Assembly: GCA_047495785.1 (NCBI GenBank)
Contig: JBLDXI010000024.1
Coordinates: 4,588,001-4,652,000, forward strand
Direction of reading: 5' to 3'
DNA: 64,000 nucleotides
DNA from: Lepidodermella squamata
Lineage: Eukaryota; Animalia; Gastrotricha
Of this stretch, positions 50,001 to 61,500 are shown piece after piece. The position numbers were made by a program, and so were the translations under genes. The notes beneath the pieces are model-generated. The model did no database searches, was not told the origin of the DNA, and saw only the letters and a program-made list of their open reading frames with translations. The stretch's first letter is position 1; each line of letters opens with the position of its first letter.

Positions 50001-53000
50001 CTCATCTTTCCAGCGATTAATTACGATTATTCGGTCTTCATAGCTTTGAATTCAACCCCATCTATTGGGTCCTTCACCTGGTCGATCAATGTGACTGGGA
50101 GTAGCGTCTCTGCGAGTGTTCATTCGTTGCACGGAGCTTTAAGAATGACCTTCGATCCGAAAACTGAGCTACGAGTGATAGTGCCCAGTGCTGCGCTGGC
50201 CTCTTTCGTCTACCAGAGGTCTTCCAGCAACGTAGTCAGCACGACATTCATCCTAAACGCTGTTACTAAAAAGAACTTTACCAGATTCTCGCCTTTGGAC
50301 GATCTACCAGCATCAGCTTGTGAAATGCAAAAGTGTTACGGCTACCATTTGCGCATTGGTTTCGCCTCGGAGGATCAAGTCATTGGATCCAGAAGCCGGC
50401 GTGATGTGAGCTCGAATTCTTCCTCAGATGATTTCGAACTGGATGCAGACTCCACTGAATCAAGAGTGTCTTTCAAGTCGTCTTACTTTGGGGATTTCGG
50501 AGCTGATTTGTTGATCTCCCCTAATACGATTCAGTTTTCGGAAATTTTCTCCAACTTTTCGTCTCTCTTGGCTGATAACGCCTTTGTCTTCGCTTTTATG
50601 ATCGTTTGCGTTGTTGGATTCCTAGCAGCTGTTGGGCTTACTGTTATGTCAGATCGGGCTGATCTCAAAGATTGGGCCTTCATGCCGCTATTGAGTAACA
50701 AAACACACCACCAATACACATACTTGATTTCAGTCGACTACTACAAGGTGAAGAGATACGAGCTGCAGCCCCAGGTCTTCATTCGACTTATTGGAGAAGG
50801 CTGTGAGACATCTTTCCGGCAACTACACGATGGGTTAAGGATGAACTTCGCGGGGAAAGTACCAGGAAATTTCGCCCTAATAACGGTCTATCCTATTGAA
50901 TATATTGATGCTATTGAACTGGACATCATTAGCCGCCCTTGGCTAGAGGGCACCAGGCCGTTTCAAATCTACATAGACAAAGTCGTTATTGTTGATGTTG
51001 AAACCGGTAAGAAATACATCTTCCCTGTTCGTTTAAATATGGAATCTGGCGACCGAGTTAAAACCGAATTGGCAACTGAAGACGACATTAAAAGCTTCAG
51101 GTACCTGGTTGGTGGCCACTCGAGAACAGGAATAACTGACAACCATCCTTGGCTTTCGATCATCAAGCGGCCTTTACCAAGTAACTGGACTCGAGCTGAG
51201 AGGCTCTCCTGTGTGGTCTCAGCTCTATTTATGGCTATGTTGGTGAACTGCATGTTCTACGGCCAAGAAGGCTCATCTCCTCGGATCGGGATCAATATCG
51301 GCGGCTTCTTTCGGATTTCTTGGTTTACCTTCTACACAAGTCTGGCCAGTTGTATCATCATTATTCCTCCAACAACGATTATTGCCCTAATATTCAAACG
51401 CGTGAAGAGAAAATCGGCTGAGAAAAGCAATTGGATAACCGTTTTCAACGCAGCGGTTAAAGAGAACGACGATGATGATGGTGAAGAAACAACGCAACAA
51501 AAGAAGGATAAAAAGAAGCCTTTCCAGTTGCCCTTCTGGACAGTGGGAATAGCTTGGTTCTGTAAGTCAAAGAAGCTACTCCTTTCAGTTTAGCTGATTA
51601 TTCCGTTATTAGTGGTCGCTGCTTCAGTCGGAGCCTCAGCTTTCTTAGTGATTATGTACAGTCTTCAATGGGGACGAGAAAAATCCTTGCAATGGCTTTC
51701 CAGTATGGGGATGCACATTATTCAAGATGTTATCGTCGTTCAATCCGTGAAGGTCCTTCTGGTCTCAGTTTTCACCTCGTCCCTTCTAAAGCTACCTGAT
51801 GATGGAGTTTCCTTGGGGAAATTGGTTTACTCTCGATGTAAGTAGATATTCCTTATTCTGATAAAAGTATAATAAGCCTGCTTTTTCAGACAACAAATCC
51901 GAGAAAACAATCGTCTTCAAACGAATGAGAAATACAATCGCTGGCATAGCGCATCACATCGCTTATGTCATCGTTTTCGCTCTGGTAATTGCCACAACAC
52001 AGAATACGTATCGCTACCAGCTTGTCAGGGATATTCGGCCGCTAGTTGCCGTCGACAATGTGTTACAGGTTTTAGACCCGATTCTAGACCACGGCGACAT
52101 TTTCGACTGGCTCGGGAAAAAAATTATACCCAACTTCCTAAATGGAAATCAGTTGAACTACGGCGGAATTTTCAACTTGAAAAACATTTACGTGGTTCCG
52201 AATCATGATGTTGTGATAGTCGGTCCAATCAGGATCAGGCAACAAAGAGTCGCATCGACGCGTTGTCCTGTAGCAAAGTCAATTGTGCCTTCCTTCGTGA
52301 ATCGTTACATTCAAAATCTGGGCGCTTTGAACGTTTCTTGTCAGGATTCGTATTCTAACGAAGCAGGCTGGGGGGCTTCATCAGAAACTCGCGACTACGG
52401 CTTCGCTTGGACCAATCTTTCCACATCCTTTGCCAGTGAATTCAACGTGTCATCTGATGTCGCGCCTTGGCTGTATCGAGAAGATTCAAACGGGTTTCCT
52501 TATTCTGGCTGGGCAGCTATCTACAAAACAGGGGGTTACTACGTGGACTTGCCATCAAAAATGTGGAAAGCTCAGCTATTAGTTGCTAATCTGAAAGCTG
52601 GGAAATGGCTTGATAACTCGACATCGGTGTTTTTCGTCGACTTCAACTTGTATAACTCACAAATCAACCTGTTTCTCACGGTCAAAATCGTTTTTGAGGC
52701 TCTATCAGCCGGTGGGATGAACTATCACGCTAGAATTTATCCGATGCAGCTCTACCAATACTCAGGCGCAAGTAGCATCTTGATCTTCATCATTCAGGGT
52801 CTATGGATAATTCTCCTAATAACTGAGACTGTTAAAGCAGCCTACTTGATGAAAAAAGCTGGAGTGAAACAGCATTTGAAGGATGGCTGGAATCTATTGG
52901 AACTTGTGTCGATTCTTTGTGCCTATGGCATTGTCGGTTTATTCGCTGCAAGAATCTACAACATCATCAAAGTTATCACGAAAATGCAGACGGATCGTTC

Positions 53001-53945
53001 ATCATTTATAAATCTGGACCTACTAGTTAACTGGGATGAGCTGATGGCTAATCTCTACGGATTAACCTTTTTCATGACCATGTTGTTGTTCTTTCGAAAT
53101 CTAAAGTTCAACAAATACTGGTGCATGTTCCTGGCTACGTTATCGAAGGGCAGAAACGACTTGCTCTCTTTTATCATCGTGTTCACGATCATCACCATGA
53201 TGTTCTCTGGTCTGGGATATTTGACTATGGGGCAAACTCAAAGCGAGTTTAGATCGATAACAGCTTCGATAATGACACTGCTTCAAAATGTGATAGGAGT
53301 AACTGGGAGTTTGATCTCCCTCGGCGCTCAGTCTCGATTCATCATGATCTATTGCATCGCTTACTCATCAATCGTCATGTTCTTAGCCGTCCAGATTTTC
53401 ATGACCATCATAACTGTGACGTACGACCGGATTTCCGATGACGTCGAGAATAATACTGATTGGGACAAGGAGGTGTCTGAATACATGGACGAAGAATGGC
53501 AGAAATTGGTATCTCGAAAGTCTACCAAGGTCAGCAATGTTACCCAGAGCTCTGGAGTCTACTCCGATCGTAAGTTTTCAAATTTCCATATCCTTCTGAT
53601 TAATTGATTTCTGATTTAGTTGAAAAGTCACTCGTTCGCTTAACAAAGCTAACCGATTGTATGATTGATAACAAGCCGATTCTCAATGAAGACAAACGAG
53701 TTGCATGCAACCTTCGCTGGGCTCAACATCATCTCAACCTCACTCGTTGCGACTCAGCGAGTGAGCATGCAGGACGCTCTGATGAATCATCACCATCAGC
53801 CGTATATGGTCAAAGACGCCCTAAGAAACTTCCTTCTGTTGAGCCTATGTTTCCAGTTAAACTGTCAGGAGGAGGAGCGTACTACAACTTTATGAAAAGA
53901 TTCAGCGCTCATGACGTTTCAAAATCATTTGAACCAAGTTCTTAG
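41054..53945 (+). CDS. Polycystin-1-like receptor/channel, copy D (more divergent; 12 membrane-proximal EGFs, short S/T stalk)
   Basis: ATG 41054 with signal peptide MWNRVLLTSIILHLSPWVVA. Same domain order and shared intron positions. Stop at 53943-53945. Confidence 0.88.
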
Positions 53946-54549
53946 CCTTTAATACAAAGTGTTGTCTCTTTCGTTCAATGACGATATTCGAGTTATAATT
54001 TGACTATTGATAACCCGATTAAAATGCAAGACAATAAACTGACCTAAAAGCTTTATCTTTAGCAGTATCTCTTGAGAGTCTTCTCAATATGTCATCTCGC
54101 GGCTAAATATATACCGATGCATATTTGGCTTGAATTTCATGTGCTTTTCTGGTTTTCATTGTTTTAAGTGGTGCTCAAAATGAGCGAAAGCGGCGAAAAT
54201 CGTGTCAGCGAGTTTTTATCTTTACGGCAGTCAGATGAGTTGGACTAGGCTGTAGCCGTAATGCGCGAAAGCGATCACGCAATGCCACAGGTGATACCTG
54301 CATGTTCTTTTTTATCTGCTTCGCGCAGCGATGAATAAATTTAGCCGCTAATGCAATGTCTTGCATCCGGCACACAGGCAAATTTTTCGCACATTAATCG
54401 GCCATAATATAACAATAATTTAGTTTAACGCAGCAGTCTAGTCATCAGTGACTAAACTATATTGCTGCTCGATGAATTTGGCCCTCAGCTGCCGACCAGG
54501 TACATCGGGCAAACAACTGAGGAAATTATAAAAAAATACCATCGGAAAA

Positions 54550-55690
54550 ATGGTCGGCCATCTGAAAGGTGAGATCAATCTATTCATTTTTCTTGATCAA
54601 ATTTGTTTCTGTTTTAAGGTTTCCTAACGTTACTTGCGGTCACTTGCTTAGCTCAAGCTCAGAATAATGTGACAAGCTCAAGCAATTCCTCGTCTGTGAC
54701 TGATGTTCCAGTTACAACTTTACCCCTTACAACTTCAGGGGTGACAGTACCGATTCTGGACGCAACTTCGACGACTCCATCTGCAAATTACTCGATAGTT
54801 AACAATTATACTATAGCGGATGTAAATGCGACCACTGTTTCGCCCGTGTTGGGGAATGATACTTCGAACATCACCACTCTGATCCTTCAGGACTCGGCTA
54901 CTACCAGGCCAGTAAATCTTACATCGCCACGTTCCAATGTAACATTGGCACCACCAATAACTACCAGCGTATGTTTGACTCCAATTTCTGTTAGGTTATG
55001 TGTAACTTTTCGTGTTTTTAGCCAAGTGGGAAGCAGGTGGACGCAGATGATGGCTACGTCCTTACTGATTACGTCATGCGGCAGTACTTTATCGCAATTC
55101 TAATCATAGTCATCTTCTGCTTCGTTTTCATTTGCCTCGTGCTGGTCTTAGTTCTAGTTCGAGGCGGCGGCTCCGACAGCGATGACCACTCACATCGCGG
55201 CGAGACTTCCGGCGAGTCGTCTGGCCAGTCTCCTAGGGTGAATTTTGCTTAGCTTTCCCCTTTTACCGCTCTGCTAAATTTGCGACGATTAAAGGTTACT
55301 TATGCTTCACAGCCAGCGTTGGACAAGCCCAATGTACCAGTTATCCAACACAACGTCCCAAGTGTGACGCCGCAAGTACCAATCCGGCCTACGTCACTGC
55401 CTCCGGCTGCTCCCCTGCAAGAATACCCGCGTAGTCCGCCCCTACAACCGCCGCCAACTGCTGTGAGACAGGAATTTCCTATGGTTTCGATGGGTGAAGA
55501 TTTGTCGCAGCACAACAGCAACGGCGAGGAGGAGACGAATATGCGACGGCGCGAGCCATCGTCCTCGTCCTCTACAGATACGGTTGAGTCGTTCCCGACA
55601 AATAACGAGCCTTATCGAGAATCGCCGGATATTGGCCATCGGGGCAGCAAAACTAACAACTATCGGCCACCTTCTTCGTTTGATGCGTAG
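54550..55690 (+). CDS. Type I single-pass sialomucin-like membrane protein (4 exons) with Pro-rich cytoplasmic tail
   Basis: Spliced signal peptide MVGHLKG|FLTLLAVTCLAQA, S/T-rich ectodomain with many N-x-S/T sites, TM YFIAILIIVIFCFVFICLVLVLVLV, and three short GT-AG introns in compatible phases. Confidence 0.8.
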
Positions 55691-57013
55691 ACGTTTTGCG
55701 TGTGTTTTCTGGTCTTAATTGCCCTAATTTAAAGATATTCGAGGTGAGCTTGGCGGGAAAAGATCGTTAGAATCAGCTCAATTTTGAAAATGAATAAATC
55801 GCTCTCTGCAGTGGCTACATGTTTCGTTTGTCATATGAGTCGACAGCCCTAGCCATGTTCTCTTCATTCTTTTCTCGTCAAGCTCTTTCTTATATTAGTT
55901 TTTCTTTTGTTTGTTCGCACCATTTGAAATCCCCGCACACCTGTTAACTCACCCTAGTAAGAATGTAGGATAGTCTTGTCGTTTGTATCAGCGTTCAGCG
56001 TTTCTACATCATCAAAACTCGGAAATATAATAGCATTATAAAATAAAAAGGAAAAGGATTTGCAGTTTGTAAAGATGCATAGTTTTACTTGATTGCTAAT
56101 TTTGCTAACTAATATCCGGCGGCTGTTTTTAGAAAAAATTAATCACGCGAATAGTAGGTATAGCTTGAATGAAATACCAAGTCATAGCCATATTACTATC
56201 TATTCATAACCTCATCTTAACATTCTTAACCTGCAATTTTAATTCCATGACATTATAGGAGTTTTCTTGTAGTAGAGTAGCAACAGGAAAGTTTCATACA
56301 AAATTTACGTAAATTACTGTCATATTTGATCAACGATTATTTAAAAGGTGAATTAAATCGATTAAATAATATAAACGTACGCAATAAAATATAAAATCAG
56401 TAAATACGAGTGCAGTAATAAAAAATTAAATTATGTCTACGCATTTTGCATTTTGCATGAAAACTGTGATATACATAGCATCCTAGAAATAGCAGGCATA
56501 TTAGTTAGTGAACACACTCTTCTAGGTTCTCTATAGCTCATATGCCTGCTATCTCTATGCTATAGCTTCATTGCTGGTCTAAGGCTTGAGAAGCCTAATT
56601 CAAACAATATATTTACATTATTCATAAACTATATTTATTATTAACTCTTTCACAGCCGATTTTTTTTCAGCCAAGCCAACAAAATATTCAATTGAGTTTT
56701 TTTGAATTTAGTTTCATACACCCGGATGAATTCCCAGGATTTGTCAGCCAGTCTACTGCTATTTCAGTTTTCGTAAAACGTCATAAAAACGAAATAGATA
56801 GTCAATGAGAGGTTCGAAATTTTGAAATCGTCCGTATGATCATGAAAGGTTCTACGGATTTGTTGACTACATGGTGCTAGCAAACATCATCACAAGAAAT
56901 TCAGTACGTTAATCAAAAGCGCTATAAGGTAGAAAGCGAAAGAAGGTATGAAACCGAATTTAGATATTCGCTTTTTGAGTGCATTTTTGAGTGCTACACT
57001 CGTAGCTTCAGTA

Positions 57014-57108
57014 TTAGAAAACTATGAATTTGGTTAATCGAAATTTTCCAAGCTGACATAACGGCCATTCAATGGCGGGGTGCAAAAGAAATTGATCGCC
57101 TGTCCTGG
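57014..57108 (-). pseudogene. Detached duplicate of the 3' end of the lectin-domain gene
   Basis: Matches 58563-58672 (PGQAINFFCTPPLNGRYVSLEN) with substitutions and a ~15-bp deletion. Confidence 0.85.
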
Positions 57109-58562
57109 AAACTTGTTCGAAACCAAGGCTTGGTTGGAATCCTGGTGGTGCGTCACTACTATTTTTTCACGCGAGCATTTTATATCAACACTCCGCCACA
57201 ACAACCGCGCGACCAAAAAGACCAGAAAAAATTGGAGAATTAGCCTGAAGTCACGTGCAAAGTCGCCATACAATGCGTGGAAAGGAAATTCGTCAATTTC
57301 GTCAGTAATGTGAAGCCGATTTATCTGCCACGACCCACGACTTTGCTTCGGGTTGCGGCTGATAACCCCTTTCATGGACATTAGGATGATTTCTGAATTA
57401 TGACTCTGACAGTTTACTGTAATTTTACTTCAAGTATATTGTCATCGAACTTCTGAAAAATTTTACGTTTCGATGTTGCCAGAATTCAAAACAATCAATC
57501 CGCTTTCTAACTTCGTTTTGAAGCTATGGTCGAACATTCAAAAGTCGAAACAGGTGTGACCAACAACTCCTGCTTAATCTCGCAGCGATTAATCCTATGC
57601 ATAGAGAATAGAGTTACCAGAGATCATAGAAAAGTCATAGTTTTTTCTCTATGCCAGAGACGAAACTCCAATTGGAAACTTGAAGTTTTAATTCTTTTGC
57701 CGATTTTGCAAAATTTCATTATGGCGGATCTTTTTGAAACTAGCGCATACATGTTTACATGTAAAAAAGGGTGTTTTCCCACGTGCTCATCCCCCATCAT
57801 GAAATTTCGACTTTTTTATTTTAATCCAAGGGGGATCGGTTTCAACTCTAACCTGTTCAAAGGAATCGGCTGCGAAATGAAAGGTCCCGAATGTCACTTT
57901 TGGGGGTTCAAAAATGAGTGTTTTCGGCTTGACCCCACGGCCACATCCTTGATCGGACTATCGCTGTGTTTGGTGAAACGTGACTCTGATAGAACTGAGT
58001 TCATGTTATCACCATGCGAAATGATTTGTTTACCAAAATCAAAAACTATTCATGGCTTTCGGCGGATGCATGGCCATGCCTTCGGTTTTTCAACAGATTT
58101 CCTCCTCTATTTCCAAAGGCCATAGGACTGCTCGTAGGAAATGTGCAACTTTCAGAAGAATCACAGTAGAAATTCTGTGTAGAAATCACAGGTAGACGCA
58201 GAGTAGTTGCTTGAATTAGCTACCTAATACTCGCACTACCATGTTAAAATTCTTCCTCAATTTCCACAAATTCCAGTGCCACCCGCATGACAATTTGCGT
58301 CACAGCGGTACCGATAAGAATCGATTAAGACGATACCTATGTGTGTTTTACTTTATTTATTAATGTTATAAATTGCCCGCAGCTATTTAAGCTCAAGCCT
58401 GTATTCATAAAACATTCATATCAACGCATTTCGACTGTTATTCATTTTGAACGTCAGCGATGAACAAGAAATCAATCAGTCAAGATTAGCTAAAAGAAAA
58501 CTGTTTCCAAACATGACTTCGAAGTGTATTACATGCGAGAAGGTAACTCCGTAATTTATGGT

Positions 58563-61500
58563 TTAGAAAACCATGAATCTGGTTAATCGAATAGCCGCAG
58601 AGCCCCAATTTTCCAAGCTGACATAACGGCCATTCAACGGCGGGGTACAGAAGAAATTGATGGCCTGCCCAGGTACTACATGCGGCATTTTCAAGCCATC
58701 AAGCCAGATGTTGCAGATTGGGTTTCGCCTATCAGCTGAATCGCCGACCCGGGTAGCTAGTTTAACAGCCCCTGGATTGTTGTCGTTGGTCCACCCACCA
58801 TTTGCAGTTGTGCTGATTGAAATTTTTGAGACGAGAGTCGGTGAGCCGAGATCGATCTGCACCCATGTTTGCGGATTCAAAGTCGCCGAGCTGCCAACAG
58901 CACCTGGAGTTGTGAGAGTTACAAGCTGGCCCGCCGTGATACCAGAACTGTTTGTCGACCCAGCTCTATTCAGAGCAAAGTCCGTGAAGTTTTCGCTGTA
59001 AACCCCAACCTGGCACAACTCCAATGCTGAGCCAGCCGCCCAGCCAGATACCGTGAGATACCGGCCAGAAATCGGTGTCAAGCAGTTTATACTGAGTCGG
59101 CTGTTGTACGAAAGTTTCGGCAGCGGATTTCCAGTTCCTATGCATGTTTGATGGCCAGACGAAGATTCAGCGCTAGTTGGCAGGGTATCTCCAAGTTTAA
59201 CGACGAGGTTCGTATTCGGATTTTCACCATTGACATCCGTGTAGCTGCATCCTTTGAAGCTAAACCGCCCAATGGGCTTATTATTGAAATCATCCACATA
59301 TAGCCGAATCGCTAGCGTTGCCAAGGGAGGTGTTAAATAATTGATGATTGGCGCTGGGTTCGTAGCGGCAGAAGGGCCGTCGAAAATACGAATTCGAGAC
59401 CCGTTGTTCGGGAAAGTATAGGCGACCCAATTACTGACTGCATCCAGGCTGCTCATCAGGTGATATTTCGTGATCCAAGACGTGCAATTTCTGCTGCACT
59501 GAACCAAAGACGCAGTAACAAACTTGGTTGCCGCAAATTTGATTTGAAACCACGGCTGCGGGTCGGTTGCAAGTGGCTCCCATTCCGTTGCCGGATAGTT
59601 TACCGCAGCTAATAAGCCGTTTATCGATGGGTCGATAGCAGATGAGTAGGTGGCGGTTGAACTTGCCTCAAAGAGATCAGTGAAGCAGGTCATATCTGAG
59701 AAAATAATTTTCGTAAAAAGCTTCATTTCATCAAGATAGTGTCAAATTTACGTGGGCAGCCTCGAACTATGGCTCTCATTCCAATGCCACCCTGCCAAGT
59801 AACAGGATAGAGTCTAACAGATCGGGCAACAATGTAAGGTCGTAGAAAGTTCCAAGCAACGCCATCTGCATCATCATTTCCATCGAATACAACCTTTATC
59901 GAAAATGTGTTTCAAGTAATTGTGAACAAAAAGGCATCAGTGGATTACTGTAAAATGCCATCTCCAGCTTATTATGCGAGATTTTAGTAAATTGCTGGCA
60001 CTTTTTATTTATGTGTAAAAAAGGAGATCTTACGTTTTTGTACCAGATCGTCCCCCACCCAACGTTGTAAGACAGCTTGTAAGATTTGACGTAGTAGCCT
60101 GTTGAGTAGTCACCCTGAGTACCTATTGACGTTGCTATACTCTCCTCCTTGAGGTCAAATTGAACAAATTGATTAGTGTCGAATGTTGCGGGTTGCCAGC
60201 AGCACGCGATCGACCCAGAAGTCGAAGCATTACCCTCCCATTGATTGTGCAAGCGGTACTTGTCAAATACCACGCCAGCGGGCGATGTGTAAACTGAAGA
60301 ATATGACAGCGGGGTTGATTTGGAAGTCAGGTCGCTTTCACAAACGTGGCCTTGAACTGTGTAGAGCATTTCCAGTGTAAGAATTGACTACCTCAAATGC
60401 ATTAACTTACGTCTTGATGGGGTCGGGCACTGGGTAGCTACTTCCATGGCCAGGTATTGATTGAGATACCCCTGAAACGTAGCCAAACAGGCGTAGTCCC
60501 CATTTCCCTGGTAATTGGTAACCAACGCGCGGCTAAGGGCGAAATTATTAACATTTGTCGGCGTAGCGTCAGGGAATTGCTTTGAAATTATCAACGCCCC
60601 ATTTATTAAAGTCTCGAATTTCATCGCGCCGGCCGTGAAATCGAACGTCAACAAGACATGATTCCAAGTGTTGTTGAAAAACGCAGTGGTCGTTACAGTT
60701 TCGTTGTAAGCCGTCTGAGTTCCGCCAATCAGTACGGAAGGGCTAACGGAGATTTTATTCGGCAACTCAATATTTATTGAAGCAACTGTGAAGGTGGTAG
60801 CCTGGCGATAGAAATTTAAAACCGGCACGTTTGGTACGGTTTGCTTCGAAAAATAGAACACGCCAATAGCGTAGGACTGGACAGTGCTATTGCCTCGACC
60901 TAATAGTGCTGATGTAGCGTTTACCGTGTAATAATTATTATAGGTCGAGTTGGCCGTTACACCAAATACATCAGGCGCGGAAGTCAATGGAAAGCCTGTG
61001 CCTTGTATCATTCCGCTGGTCCCTGTGATTTGCAAGTTACCATCGTCGATATTCGTGGTGCCGTAAGAGAAATCCATTGGCGAATTGAGCGCAGCCGTCA
61101 TTTCTGCGCTAGAAGTTATCGGACATCGCTTCAGGTAGTTGATTTGCTTTCCAGTCAAAGCAGCTTTGTAAAATTGGAGACACGCTACATTGAGGGTTGT
61201 CGCACGGCCGATTCTGAAGAAATTAGTTCCTGTATCCAGACCAGTTGTACATGAATAAGCTCCTGGAACCGTCAGAACAAGATCGCCATCCTGATATATG
61301 AAAAGTGAGCCTTTGACGTAGTCGTGTACCAATGCCAGATAGGCCCAGTGGTTTTGTATGAGCAGGCGCCTGGCTGATTGCGTAATAAACTGCGGCGAAT
61401 TAGCTGCCCCTCGGCACTGATAGCCAACAGCAAGTTTGCCACTGCTCCGCGATAGGTAAATCGAGGAATTTGTGTTGTCGTAGTACCAGCCCAACAGTTG

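Noticed and set aside
57240-57385. Trypsin-like NVKPIYLP fragment
   Set aside because: Single short motif with no catalytic-triad context.
57526-58125. 199-aa ORF
   Set aside because: No recognisable motif or exon structure. It sits in repeat-like DNA with weak inverted ends (CCTATG/CATAGG) that I could not define well enough to call.
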